Translations under genes and position numbers: made by a program
The notes under the pieces: model-generated
Database searches by the model: none
Seen by the model: the letters and a program-made list of their open reading frames with translations, nothing else
What the model was told of the DNA's origin: nothing
Shown here: one piece after another, positions 22,445 through 35,518 of the stretch
Layout: each line of letters starts with the position of its first letter
Numbering within the stretch: position 1 is the stretch's first letter
Assembly (NCBI GenBank): GCA_001641205.1
Contig: LSMX01000003.1
Coordinates: forward strand, 120,177 to 184,176
Direction of reading: 5' to 3'
Length of the DNA stretch: 64,000 bases
From: Mycoplasma sp. Bg1
Lineage (GTDB): Bacteria > Bacillota_I > Bacilli_A > Mycoplasmatales > Hepatoplasmataceae

Positions 22445-23558
22445 AATTTTCTCCCTCTTTTTTAATATTAAAAAATTTACTATAGGCATTCTCTGTATCA
22501 CTATCAAGGACAATATTTTTTACAAGCAATTTTAAAACAGAGGCCTTAAAAATTTTTTCAAAGGTTAATTGAAGATTTGAATAAGCAAGCTTTCTCAAAA
22601 CAAAGATATCATCACCCTTACGATCCATTGAAGTTTTATCTGCTACATAAATTATTTTATCTAATAAACTCACATCAACAGTAGGAATAGTGTGCCTTTT
22701 TACAGCATTTAAAAATTCTCGATCTTTAAGTCCATATTCTTGTTCTAATCAAAGAGCTGCACAATAACCATGAATCGCTTGAATTGGAGGAGCCTTTTCT
22801 CCTGAAGTATGTCGATTATAAAAATCAAGTAAATATTTATTTGAATAAAGTTTAAAAAGATCATGAGCAAGCCCAACATCATAAGCTTTTTGAACATCAT
22901 TATATTTATTTAATTTTGCTAATCTTTTTGCATTAATTGCTACTGCCATTGTATGTTGAAAACGGTCTTCTTTTAATAATTTAAAAGCTAGTGTTTTCAA
23001 ATATAAGCGATTTTCTGCAATATATTTCCTTGTTGCTAAAGGAATTTTATTTCATTCTAAATTAGTTAAAATTTGGGTACTAGAAATATCATAAACAGTT
23101 TTCCCTAATAGATGAACTCCCTTTTGATGGGGAATTTTTTTTAAACCACTTCCTCTTTTATAAACAATTAAATCGACTAACTCACGAATTAAATCAGGAT
23201 TTCTTCAAGTGGAAAAAGTTTTAAATTGATCATCACCCATAATAAAAAATAAATCATCCTTTGGATATTTTTTATGGAGTTTTTCTATAGTCAAATAAGT
23301 ATATGATAACTGATGACTTCTTATTTCAATATCAGAAACTTTAAGTCAAGTTCATTTTGTTTCTTTAACAGCAGCTTCTACCATATTGTATCGATGCAAT
23401 GGATTAATTCGTTCAGGATCAAACTTGGTTCCTGGGGTTTTATAAGTTGGAACCATTAAAATAAGATCTAAATTCATTTGATCATGAATATTTTTTGCTA
23501 TCTTTAAATGGCCAATGTGGATAGGGTTAAATGTTCCCCCAAAAATTCCTATTTTCAT
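22419..23558 (-). CDS. nadD: fused nicotinate-nucleotide adenylyltransferase (NadD) / HD-domain YqeK phosphohydrolase
   Basis: N-terminus MKIGIFGGTFNPIHIGHL (NadD). The C-terminal half has ..RFQHTMAVA..GLAHDLFK.. (HD domain). I translated every codon from 23000 to 23354 and found no TAA/TAG, only TGA, so it is one 379-aa ORF. Confidence 0.8.
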
Positions 23559-23564
23559 CCTAAT

Positions 23565-24596
23565 TTAATTATAAATACTTTCTACTACATTAAAAACAAT
23601 CCCTTTTGGAAGTTGAAGGGTTAGTTTTTGCTTTTTATTTCAAGTGGTAATAATTCCTAAACCAGAAATAATAATATCAATTCTAGTACTTTCTTTTGAA
23701 AAAGTTAATTGATGAGTTATAAAATCATCTGGAACTTTAGTATTTTCAAGTTTAGAACGATTTAATTTTACCATGTTGCTAAAAAGAAATTGATAATCAC
23801 TTATTGTTGGTGAATTTAAAACATTAAAATAAGCAAGATCAGCAATAGAAATTGTTTGATTACTTTTTAGTTGATAAACAATAGATTTTAATTCTTTTTT
23901 TGAACTAATCTGATCTAAAATAATAGGTTCTAAAACATTTTGATAATTACCTGGTAAAATAAAACCAGGATAATCAATTAAATTAATTTCCTCTAATTTA
24001 ATTTCAAAAGGTTTTGTTGTGGTTCCAACTGTATTAGAAACAAGATTATAGGCATTAAGTCCAAGACTTTTTGCAATTTGTTTTATTAAAGAAGATTTTC
24101 CTACATTTGAATAACCAATAATTGCACAAGAAGTTTTAGCTTCTTTCATAAAAGAAACCAAAGCATCTAGATTTGTTTTTTTAATTGTTGAAATTAAAAT
24201 TATTTGTTTAAATTCAAGTTTAATTGCTCAAGTTAGGTTATCAATTCATGCAATAATTTTTTCTGAAGAAATTGCCTGAGGTAGCAAATCAACTTTATTT
24301 ACAATAAGGGTTAATCTTGATGGATCAATATATTTATTTATCTCAGAGACAACTGTTTCTTGAGGATTTAAAACATCAATTACAAGAAAAACTTCTGCAT
24401 CTGTTTTTTGAAGTTCTTTTAAATAAATTTCTGGTTCAAAAAGTTCTAAATTATTAATTTTTTCGCCATAATGTAATAAGCGAAAACACTTCATACATAA
24501 GGGATTTTCAATATTATTAATATATCCTTTTTCCTTGGGATTAGTAGTTTGTTTAACTTCACCACAACCAAGGCAAATTTCACTATAAGATTTCAT
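23565..24596 (-). CDS. yqeH: ribosome biogenesis GTPase YqeH
   Basis: N-terminal Zn finger CLGCG..CMKCF, circularly permuted GTPase (NKVDLL.. then GYSNVGKSSLI). Extended through TGA to TAA at 23565. Confidence 0.8.
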
Positions 24597-25212
24597 ATTC
24601 TTCTGAATATAGATCCCTTCCTGTTTCTTCTTCTTTAATTAAGATATTTTGCCTTGTCAATCTTAAAAAAATATATTCTTCAAGTCATTTAATAATTACA
24701 TTTCAAGTTCTTTCTGCATCAATTAAAGGTTGAACAAGAATTGACTCCATATGTAAAAGATTTGCAGACAAAATATCTGTAATAATCATGTCTCCTACAA
24801 CAACAACTTCTTGGGGTTTGAAATTAAATTTTTTGATTGTTCTGTTCATTGCAAAAGGTAAAGGTTTTTTAGCATTAGCAATATAATCTACTTTTAATTT
24901 TTCAGCAAAAAGAGAAACTCTTTTTCTAGTATTATTAGAAATTAAAATAAATTCCATATCATTATCTTTTACTGCCTGGGCAAAATCAATTGCAATTTTA
25001 GTAGGAAACTTAGTAAAATGAGGAACTAAGGTATTATCTAAATCACAAATTATAAGTTTAATCCCTTGCTCCTTTAATTTTTCTAAATTAATTTGTTTAA
25101 TAGTTGTAACATAAGTAGATGGTTTTAAATAATTAATAAAAAGCCCAAACAAAAATGAATTTGAACTAATTTGTGTTTTATGTTCTTTTTTACTACGATT
25201 TTCTATTGGCAT
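24583..25212 (-). CDS. yqeG: YqeG-family HAD-IIIA phosphatase
   Basis: GIKLIICDLDNTLVPH, ILISNN, VVVGDMIITDI. Extended through TGA to TAG at 24583, overlapping the yqeH start by 14 nt. Confidence 0.75.
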
Positions 25213-25244
25213 CTCTTCAATAAAATAAAAAATCTAAATAATTT

Positions 25245-25397
25245 TTATTTAGATTTTTCTTTATGAAGTGTATGTTTATTACATTTTGGACAAAATTTCA
25301 TTAATTCAATTTTGTCGGGGTGTTTTGTTCTATTTCTATCACCTGTGTAATTTTCCATTTTACACTCTGAACATCTATATATTAATTTTGATCTCAT
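25245..25397 (-). CDS. rpmG: 50S ribosomal protein L33
   Basis: Not in the ORF track (50 aa). [51 protein letters not shown] 12-bp inverted repeat (25229..25240 / 25246..25257) overlaps its 3' end and probably acts as the terminator. Confidence 0.85.
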   Translation of the reverse strand: MRSKLIYRCSECKMENYTGDRNRTKHPDKIELMKFCPKCNKHTLHKEKSK

Positions 25398-25448
25398 AAA
25401 TTTCCTTTTATTTAGTTATATTATACTATATTATTTTACCTTACTTTT

Positions 25449-27992
25449 TTAGTAATCACCATTATTCTTTTTATCAAATTGTAAAGAATCTTTATTTTCT
25501 ATTTTATTAATTCTAAGAACTTGTTCTCTTGTTACTTCTTTTGAACTTAAACGTTCAAATTGAAGTCTCAAATCATTAAAAGCTAGTTTAATTTCTTCCT
25601 TAGTAAATCCATTTAAACCTGTTTTTGGAGTTGTAAGGGGAACATTCCCTTTTGGATTAAGACCCAAATGATTATTTGAACTAGTTAAGATTTGAAGATC
25701 ATCAACAGAAGCAACATTAAAAGCATTAATAATTTGATAAGCAGAAGAATTTTTTGCTTGAAAAGCAATTCTTGTTCCTTTTGAACCCCGTGCTGCTTTT
25801 TTAAGATCACTAATTTTTAAACGTTTTGCTTTCCCATTGCTTGTTACAATAAGTAATTGTGCTTTTTGTTCTTCTATCTCAACTTGATCATTTACAATTG
25901 AAGAGACAACATAATCTGGTGGAGTTAAACGAATATTTTTTACCCCACTTGCTCCCGGCCCACTAATTGGAACATCAGCAAGTGGAAAACAAAGTCCTTG
26001 ACCATTTTTAGTAATTGAAGTTACAAAAGCATTTTGATAAAGATTTAAAGCAACAGAAACAACATGATCTTCTGTTTTTATTCCTGTATATTTTGCCCCT
26101 CTTCTTGTAAGTGAAATTGATAAATCGCTAATTTTTGTTTGTTTAATTAAACCTTTTGCTGTGGCAACAACAAGCGTTCCTTCCTTATTAAAATCTTTTA
26201 GCATAGCTACTTTTAAAATTCTTTCACTTGATTCTAAAGTAGTAAATTTTGAAAGGTGCTCCCCAAGATCTTTTCATTTAAAATCAGTAAGTTTAAAAAT
26301 AGGAATTGAATAATATCTTCCCCCAGAGGTAAAGACCACCAAACTATTTAAATTAGAAGTTTTTGTTGCAGCAATAATTAAATCATCTTCTCGAAGACCA
26401 ATAGTTTCACTTGCTGAAGTTTCATAAGATCTAAGGGAAACTTTTTTAATATAACCTTGGTGAGAAACTACAACCATAACTTCTTCTTCTTGAATTAAGG
26501 CAGTTTCATCAATATCTAAATTTTCAATTTCACTATCTATTACTGTTTTTCTTAAAACAACAAATTCTTTTCCTAAATTTTTTAATTCTTCTACAAGCTG
26601 TTTTACTAAAAATTCTTTATTTTCCAAAGCTTTTTGATAATGAGCAATTGTTATTTTTAAGTCCTCCTGTTCTTTTTCAAGGGCAACAACGTCAGTTTTT
26701 GTTAACCGATACAAACGTAAATTTACAATTGCTTCTGCTTGATTTTCACTAAAGGAAAATTTATCAATAATGTTTTCTTTTGCAGTTGCTTTATTTTTTG
26801 AAGCTTTAATAACTTCAATAACTTGATCAATAATTTTAGTAACTTTAATTAAACCAAGAACAATTTCTAATCTTGCCTGTAATTTTTGGAGTTCAAAATG
26901 ATAAAGTTTTTTTGTAGTATGAATTCGAAAACTTTTAAAGGCAATTAAAATATCCATTAACCCAACTTGAGTTGGTTTTTTATCTTTAATTGCCACCATG
27001 TTAAAATTAAAATTCTTTTGTAAATCTGTACTTTTTAAAAGATATTTCATGATTAATTCAATATCAGCACCTGGTTTACAAAGAAGTGTAATTTGAAGCC
27101 CCAAGCGGTCCGTATCATCACGAACTTCTTTAATTCCAGGAACTTTTCCTTGACGAATTAAATCATCTATTTTTTTTACAAGATCAGCTTTATTTGTTTC
27201 GTAAGGAATTTCTGTAATTAGAATTTCTTGATTTTTTAAATCATAATTTCATTTAGATTTAATAATTATTTTTCCCCGGCCGGTTTTATAACTTTGTTTT
27301 AAAGCAGGCAAATCTTGAATTATTCCTCCTGTTGGAAAATCTGGTCCTTTAATAAAATTAGTAATTTTTGAAAGAGTTGCATGTTCATTTTCTAAAACAT
27401 AAATTAAAGCTTTAATAACTTCATTAAAATTATGTGGAGGAATATTTGTTGAATATCCAGAAGCAATTCCCATTGATCCATTTACAAGCAAATTAGGAAA
27501 TTTTGTAGGAAAAACCACTGGTTCTTCTTCGCTATCATCAAAATTTGGAACAAAATCAGTTATTTTTTTATCAATGTCTCCAAGTAAATATTCAGAAACT
27601 GGTCCAAGTCTTGCTTCAGTATACCGCATTGCAGCAGGACTATCACCATCAATTGAACCCTTATTTCCATGCATGTCCACAAGAGGCATATTTATTTTTC
27701 ATTCCTGAGCAAGCCTTACCATTGCTTCATAAACCGAACTATCACCATGAGGATGATATTTTCCAATTACATCACCAACAACCCTTGCTGATTTTTTATA
27801 GGCAGTTTTGTTTGTTAATTTTAAATCATGCATTGCAAAAAGAATTCTTCTTTGAACTGGTTTTAGCCCATCTCTTAAATCAGGAAGTGCTCTTTCTTGA
27901 ATAATATATTTTGAATAATCACCAAATTTTTTGCCAATTAAAACATCAAGGTCTTCTTGAATAATTCTTTTATCTAAATCTTTTTTATTCAT
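25449..27992 (-). CDS. parC: DNA topoisomerase IV subunit A
   Basis: [41 protein letters not shown](TGA). Four same-frame pieces. PVQRRIL (rather than PVHRRIL) and the absence of a visible GyrA box favour ParC over GyrA. Confidence 0.8.
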
Positions 27993-29919
27993 TTATTACC
28001 TCTTCTTTAATTTTAAAATCATCTTCAAGACTAAATTCAACATTTTCTTCAATTCATTCTCGACGGACACTTGCATCTTGACCCATTAAGGTTTCAATTA
28101 TTTTATTTGCTTTTTCTGCATCCTCAACTTTAACTTGCACTAAGGTTCTTCCTTTTGGATCCATTGTTGTTTCTCAAAGTTGTTCAAAATTCATCTCTCC
28201 AAGCCCTTTATATCTTTGAATTTCAATATTAGAATTTTGCTTTTTAATTTGGTCTAGTTCTTTTGTGGTTCAAGCATATCTTGTTTCTTTTGTAGATTTA
28301 GTAGTAATTTTAAAAAGCGGAGGCATTGCAATATAAATCATTTCTGCATCAATCAATTCCTTCATGAAACGGTAAAAAAAAGTTAAAAGCAAAGCTTGAA
28401 TATGAGCCCCATCAGTATCAGCATCGGTCATAATAATAATTTTTCCATAATTTGATTGCTTAGCTTTAAAGTCATCAGAAAGTCCTGCGCCAATTGCAGC
28501 AATTGTTGTAGCAAGTTCATCGTTTGCAAGGATATTTTTTAAATTAGCTCTTTCAGTATTAATAATTTTCCCCTTTAGGGGTAAAATTGCCTGTGTTTTT
28601 CGGTCTCTTCCAAGTTTTGCAGACCCACCAGCTGAATCTCCTTCAACAATAAAAAGTTCACGGTCCTTTGCAATTCTAGTTTGGGCGGTAACAAGTTTTC
28701 CTGCAAAAGATTTTGATTTTGATTTTCCAAGTTCTCTTGTAACTTCTCTTGCTCTTTTTGCAGCTTCCTTTGCTCTTTTTGAAGCATAAGCTTTTTCAAT
28801 AATTAATTTTGCATCCTGAGCATTTTTATTTAAATAATGTTTAATTTGTTCATAGACTTCTTTTTCTACATATGTTCTTGCAAAAGGTGAGGATAATTTT
28901 GATTTTGTTTGTCCCTCAAATTGGAGATATTTTTCCATTAAGTAAATGGAAATTACAACATAAAGTCCCTCTCTAGTATCTGGGCCTTCAAGTGGTTTTC
29001 CACCTTGCATTAATTTATTTTCAATAATAAATTCATTTAAAGCTCTTGTAAGGGCATATTTAAAAGCAAATTCATGTGAACCACCATCAGGGGTAATAAT
29101 ATTATTTACAAAAGAATGAATATTTTCCTGGGTTGCGGTGGTTCATTTTAGGGCTACATTTAAAATGACTTCTTCGCTTTTACTTGTAAAAGCATAAGTT
29201 TTTGCAAGGGTTTTTTGATCTTTTGCTAGTTCATCAACAAAAGCAATAAGTCCATTAGGATTATGAAATTCATATTGATTTTCATTTTTTTGATCATCAA
29301 AAATAATTTTTAAACCAGGATTTAAAAAGGAAAGTTGTTTTAGCATTTCTGCAATAGTATTTCCATTAAAGTTAATTGTGGAAAACATCTGTTCATCTGG
29401 TTTAAATTCAACCTTTGTTCCATGCTTTGTTGTTGGTCCAACTTTTTTTAAAGGGGTAATTTTACTTCCCCCTTTATTAAATTTAATAATATATTCAAAT
29501 TTATCTTTTCAAATAGTTACAATTAAAAATTCACTTAAAGCATTTACAACAGATGAACCAACCCCATGAAGTCCCCCAGCAATTTTATAACCTGAATTAG
29601 ATCCCCCAAATTTTCCTCCTGCATGTAAAGTTGTAAAAATTGTTTCAACTGCAGGTCTTTTACTTTTTGGATGAATATCAACAGGAATTCCTCTACCATC
29701 ATCTTCAACAGTAACAGTGTTATCAGCATCTAAACTAATTTTAATGGTATTGCAAAACCCAGCAAGATGTTCATCAACAGAATTATCAATAATTTCTTTT
29801 ATTAAATGATGAAGTCCTTTTGAGTTTGTTCCCCCAATATACATTCCTGGTCTTTTTCTTACTGCTTCTAGATTTTCAATTATATCAATTGTACTTGCAT
29901 CATATTTTTTAGTTTCCAT
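27985..29919 (-). CDS. parE: DNA topoisomerase IV subunit B
   Basis: GHKL ATPase N-terminus ([22 protein letters not shown]) and the Toprim motifs EGDSAGG and [12 protein letters not shown]. Overlaps the parC start by 8 nt. Confidence 0.8.
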
Positions 29920-30412
29920 ACTGAATTCCTTTTTGTTTACTAAAGATATTTTTATTTAAATAAATAATAAAACGATTAAAATTATTAATTCCACTATGTT
30001 CCATCTCATTAAGAAAGGCTCAATAAGGAATTAAAAGTTGATATTCTTTTTCCCAATCTTTTTCTTTATTACTTTTTAAATAGATTAGAGTTTGATCATA
30101 AAAAATTTTAAAATTATTAAGAGGTAAAGAAGTATTAGCTTTTATTGTATTTAAAATAAAATCTTCAAGTGAAAAAACTTCCCCAATAGTTATTCCTATT
30201 TGGGGAAGGACATATTTATTTTTTAAAATTTTTTTATTATAAAAGAAAAATTCCAAATAAAATTTAGGAAGTTTATTTTCAAATTCTAAATTTAAAAATC
30301 CGGTAAGAAAATTACCATTTTTAAAAAGTTCGGGTTGAGTTTTAACTCATTTCTTAAATGATTTATAATCATTATTATCTATTATTAAATCACATAATTT
30401 AAAGATGTTCAC
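29909..30412 (-). CDS. hypothetical protein (about 167 aa)
   Basis: The 30020..30256 piece extends both ways through TGA. The longest form starts at GTG 30412 (in-frame TAA at 30416) and ends at TAA 29909, overlapping the parE start. No motif recognised. Confidence 0.4.
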
Positions 30413-30457
30413 AAATTAATTATACATTTTCACTATCTTACTATATTATTTGAACCA

Positions 30458-31264
30458 TTAATGATTATTATGTTGCTGATTATAAACAACAATTCAACTT
30501 GAAATTCCGATTAAGGAATAAAAGAAATATATAATATTTTGAATAACAAATAATGAATTTGCTTCTGCATGAGTTCCAATTGCTCCAGAAAAAAGTAAAA
30601 TGGAAATAGTGTTTGCAACCATAAAAAAATAATTTCCTGCCCAATATCTTTTTGCAATTAAAAAAGGAGCAGAAAGTGTAAAGACCAATATAAAAGCATC
30701 GGCAAAAGGAGCAACATCAATTTTAAATTTTGTATCTTCACTAAAAGGAGTTCATATTATATCCAATTCTAAAATTATAAAACCTAAAAGAATTGAGAAA
30801 TAAGTTGCTAAAATAAAATAGCAAATTAATTTTTTTGAAGAAAGTTTTTGCGGTTTAATTGAATTACGATCAATTTGCTTATTTCAAATCCGGTACATAA
30901 GAACTGCTGGAATAGACATTCCCGCTCACATTAAGGCTTGCAAAGGTAAAAATGAAAAAGCAAGAGCCAAAACAAGTGTAGGGATAGTTACAAATTGAAA
31001 ATAAACTCATTTAATTGATCTACGATTAACAAAATAAGTTCCACAAAGACCTGAAAAAGTTCCGATAGTAGAAAGAACAAAAATAACTCACATTCTTCAG
31101 TGACGCATATCTTCTTGGTCAGGAGGATGAAAAATATTTAAATATAATTGAACAAAAGTCATCACTAAAACTAAAAATAAAATTCCCGGAAGAAAATATC
31201 TACTTCATAAAGTATCATGAAAAAAATGTTGAATTTTTATTGCAATAATCTTGTGTGATTTCAT
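30458..31264 (-). CDS. polytopic membrane protein, PnuC-like (nicotinamide riboside transporter family?)
   Basis: 268 aa and about 7-8 TM segments, with many TGA-encoded Trp. The C-terminal pattern ..FLIAKRYWAGNYFFMVANTISILLF...IIYFFYSLIGISSW resembles the PnuC repeat. The assignment is tentative. Confidence 0.4.
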
Positions 31265-31296
31265 ATTATAACTAAAAAAAGCCTTTGAGGCTTGTT

Positions 31297-31542
31297 CTAT
31301 TTTCTTTTGGCGTATTTATCTTTTCGTTTTGCATTCTTCATTGATTGCATAACATTTCTAATTTGAGCTTCAGAAGGTTTTCTCCCCATTGATTGAAACA
31401 TTGCTCTAATTTGAGCTTCACTTATTGGCGGATTTTCTCTAAGCTGTTTTTCTATTAATTTTCTTGTAATATAAAATCCTAAAAAACCAGCTACAGGGAC
31501 TAAAAGAATAAAAATTATTCCCACAATTTCTCATGCATCCAT
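31297..31542 (-). CDS. UPF0154/YneF-family small membrane protein
   Basis: MDAW(TGA)EIVGIIFILLVPVAGFLGFYITRK.. then PPISEAQIRAMFQSMGRKPSEAQIRNVMQSM. This duplicated motif is typical of YneF. Confidence 0.65.
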
Positions 31543-32180
31543 TATTTTTTGCTCCCTTTTTTATCTTTTTGTTCTTGATTTCCTTGAATCAGTTCTTTTT
31601 GTTCTTTTTGTTTCTGATCTTCTAATTCTTGTTGTAGTATTTTATCTTTTAATTCTTGTTTTTCTTGATGTTTTGCTTGCTTTTTATCTTCTTTTACTTG
31701 CTTTTTATCTGCTTTTTCTTGTGCTATTTCTTCTTTTTCACTAAGTTTTAGATCTTTTGATTCTTGTTTTGCTAGTTCTTTAGCTTCTACTATTTCTTTA
31801 TCTTTTGCAAGTTGTTTTTCTAAAACTTTAACTTCTTTTTCATAACTAATTTTTTTGTTTTGTGCAGCAAGCAATTCTTGAGGCGTTTTTGCCTGAATAA
31901 TTTCATCTTCTATTTTTGTAACTTGAATTTGGTCAGAAATGACTGCTCCCTTTTGAACTTTGGGCCCACTTTTATCCATTTTTCCAGTAATTTTAACTTC
32001 TAAATTATTAGCAAATCTTTTAAATTTAGGACCATATTTTAATCATTTTGCAAAAAATATTAGTCAAATTCCAAAACCAATAATTAATAAAAACAAAAAG
32101 AATAATCCAACAAGACCGCCCAAATGACCGCCCTCTGAATTTTGTGATATAGGTGCAATTTCTTGTAAATAAATATTCAT
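31542..32180 (-). CDS. membrane-anchored Lys/Glu-rich coiled-coil protein
   Basis: Start ATG at 32180 (MNIYLQEIAPIS..). One TM segment (LVGLFFLFLLIIGFGIW(TGA)LIFFA), then a low-complexity KE/Q-rich tail. In frame with the 31542..31979 piece. Confidence 0.55.
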
Positions 32181-32187
32181 GTCTTTT

Positions 32188-33246
32188 TTAATTATATATT
32201 AATTAATTATATCTTTTTGTATCCCCAAGATTATAATTAGAATTTTTCCCAGTTTGAATAAATTTAACTAATTTTTCTTTATTTACTTCTCAATTTTTTT
32301 GACAATATTTAAGATATTCATCATCAATTGAATCAATTTTTGCATGTTCATTCTGTTCTCTTGGAGAATATCGAAAATGTCTTTCTTTAAGTAATAAGGA
32401 AACTGCAAAAGTATCAAAATTTTGATTTGCATATAAAGAGGCATAAGCTAAAAGGCCTACAGTATTTTGAGAAGGATTTTTTAATAGTTCTCTTCCCTTT
32501 CTTGGATGAACTGAAACTCCTTCAATAAAACTTTGTCCAAAGGAAAGAACTGTAATATTTTTAAGTTCAATTCCTAAATCTCCCTGCGCTAAAACTACCC
32601 CTAAAAGTGCAGGATTATTTGCCCACATTCCCCCATCAAGTCAAAAAGCTCCTGTTTCTTGCTCAACATGTGGTTCAAAATAAAATGGAGCTGCTGTTGA
32701 GGCTTTTATTGCTTCTCAAAGTTTTATGGAAGAAGAGTAGCGAGGATTTAAAGAATGAAAATGACTTGAACCGAAAATAATTGGTTTTGCTTCAGAAACA
32801 TTTGTTGCTGCAATAGCAAATGGTTTTGGTGAAACTTTTTCAAAATCAGCAATTGTTAAATTCCCCAGGGTTTCTTTTAAAGTTCTATTTAATGGTTCAT
32901 CATCATACCTTGCATAAATATTTTTTGACATTGATTCTCGAAGAGTATATTTTTTTCCAAAAAGATCTTTTTCTCCCCGCATATATTCATCATAAATTTC
33001 TTTTGGATCTTTTCCAATTAAAAGTGAACCCACTACAATTGCTCCAGTTGAAGTTCCAGTAAACATATCAAATTCTTCTACAAGATTAATTCCATATTCT
33101 TCTTTTAATCTTCAAATAGCATAAACAGTGAACATCCCCTTTAATCCGCCCCCATCAACAGCAAGAATGCGAATTTTTTTACCCACATCTTCAGATTTTT
33201 GTTCTTTATATTGTTTACTACCTAAAAATTTTTTAATTAAAGACAT
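32188..33246 (-). CDS. patatin-like phospholipase
   Basis: ILAVDGGGLKG (oxyanion hole GGGxxG), GTSTGAIV (GxSxG nucleophile), and DGG in the 3' part. Pieces share one frame. TAA at 32188 was hand-checked. Confidence 0.8.
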
Positions 33247-33247
33247 T

Positions 33248-34954
33248 TTAATCCTCCTTCTTTCTAGTAATTGGGGCTTTCATCATTTCATCTTTTCCAG
33301 AAGTTGCTTTTGGAAAAGCAATTACATCACGAATTGAATTGGTATTTAATAAAATTGATAAAATACGATCGAGTCCAAGGGCAATTCCACCATGTTGAGG
33401 AATTCCATATTGTTGTGCTTCAAGTAATCACCCAAACATAGTTTTGGTTTCCTCTGGTGAAAGACCAAGAATTTCAAAAACCTTTTCTTGAAGTTTAAAA
33501 TCTGAAAATCTAATTGCTCCTCCACCAATTTCAGAGCCGTTAAGGACAATATCATAAGCCTTAGACATAAGAGAAAGTAAGGTTTTTTGATCATTAATGC
33601 TTGTCTTTTTATAAAGCTCTAAATCTTTATCAACAACTGCAGTAAAAGGATTATGCATTGCTTCTAATTTATTATCCTTATTTAAAGTAAAAAGTGGCCA
33701 ATTAGTTACTCAAACAAAATTGAATTGTTTAGAATTAGTTAAGGCAAATTTTTGACCAAGTTCAAAACGAATTCGACCAAGAAATTCACAAGCATTTGTC
33801 CATGAATCAATTACCACTAAAAGGGTAAAGGTTGATCATGAAGTGAGTTTTAAAATTTCTTTAAGTTCTTTTTCTGAAATACCCTTTAATGAGCCTTTGA
33901 TAATTTGTCCTTTTTCAACTTGTAAACTTGCAAGACCAATTCCACCTTCAAGTTTAACTTTATCTTCTAGTTTTTTTATTTCAGTATTTGAAAAAGTTTG
34001 TTCAAAAAATAATCCTTTTACTATTTTTTTATTTTTTAAACCATTTTTTATGAATTTAAGATCTGTTTTTGTAAAAAGTGTAGTTAAATCAACCAGATGA
34101 TTTTCAAATCTAGTATCTGGTTTATCTAACCCATAAAGATTCAAGGCATCAACATAGCTAATTTCTGCAAAAGAAATTTTAGCTTTTGAGGTTTTAAATT
34201 CCTTAACTATTTTAATAAGCAATTGCTTTATTATTTCTTGAATTTCTTTTTCTGAGGTAAAGGCTTTTTCTAAATCTAATTGGGTAAATTCAAGTTGGCG
34301 ATCAGCCCTTGAATCTTCATCCCGAAAGCATTTAGCAATTTGATAATATTTTTCAATTCCTCCATACATTAATAACTGTTTATAAACTTGAGGAGATTGA
34401 GCTAATGCATAATATTTTCCTAAATGGTTCATGCTTAAAACTTCAAGCTCATTTGCTCCTCCTGGAGTTGGTTTTGTAATAATTGGTGTTTCAACTTCAA
34501 CAAAACCCTTTTCATAAAAGAAATTACGGATTATATGATTAAATTTTGCTCTTACAAGTAAAGTATTATGAATTACTGGTCTTCTAAGATCAAGATAACG
34601 ATATTCCATTCTTTTTTGTTCAAGAGCATCAGTTTCATCTGCAATTATTAAAGGAGTTTGCTTTGCCTCATTAATAATTACAATATTAGTTGCTAGAATT
34701 TCAATTTCTCCAGAAGCTAATTTTGGGTTTGGTTCTTTTCTTTTTGCAACTTTACCCTCAACAGTAATTACATATTCACTTCTTAATAAAAGAGCAATTT
34801 TATGAGCTGAAGAAGTTTTGCTTACTACAATTTGGGTAATTCCATCTTCATTTCTTAAATCAAGAAAAACTAAATCACCTAAACGTCTTGCTTTATTTAC
34901 TCAACCGTTTAGGATTACTTTTTCTCCAATATTTTTTATATTTAAAATACTCAT
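33248..34954 (-). CDS. aspS: aspartate--tRNA ligase
   Basis: [18 protein letters not shown](TGA)[20 protein letters not shown] (OB fold). Class II motifs [26 protein letters not shown]. Confidence 0.93.
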
Positions 34955-34963
34955 ATGTTTTAT

Positions 34964-35518
34964 TTATCTTTTTTCTAATTCTTCTGCAAAAGTGTAAGCA
35001 AGAGAAAAAGCAGTTTCCATTGTTAAACTAGTTACAAAATTCCCATCCACTACTGTTTGACAATCTTGTCCTGGTTTACAGTTTGGATCACTTAGGGTTG
35101 CTCCTCCATCAATTAAAGCATTACGTCATTCATCACCGTAATGACAAATTGCTGTTTTTCCTTTTAAATATCCTCTTTTTGCAAGAGCTGTTGGCCCTGC
35201 ACAAATTGCTCCAACAAGTTTATTATTATCTACAAAATGAGCAATTATAGGGTCTAACTCTACACATGCATTAAGAGTTTTAAATCCTGGTCCTCCAGGA
35301 ATAAAAAGAGCATCATATTTTGAAAGACCACTTTCAAGTACATCTTTTAAAGTTAATTTCACTTTAATTTCTAAACCTTTTCCACTAACAACATATTTAT
35401 TTGAAGTTCCAAAAGCAATATCAACATCATATCCTAGTCTCATTCATATATCTCTTGGTAAAATTAGTTCAACGTCTTCAAAACCATCTGAACCAACGAT
35501 TAAAATTGTTTTATTCAT
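34964..35518 (-). CDS. DJ-1/PfpI-family protein
   Basis: MNKTILIVGSDGFEDVEL.., IPGGPG, and the nucleophile elbow AICAGP. The same frame stays open upstream to an ATG at 35695, which would add an N-terminal TM helix. Confidence 0.8.

Noticed and set aside
25449-29919. Calling the type II topoisomerase pair gyrB/gyrA.
   Set aside because: The A subunit has PVQRRIL rather than the GyrA-typical PVHRRIL, and I see no GyrA-box (QRRGGKG-like) in the C-terminal domain. The locus is not next to dnaA/dnaN. ParE/ParC is more likely, but a phylogeny would be needed to be certain.
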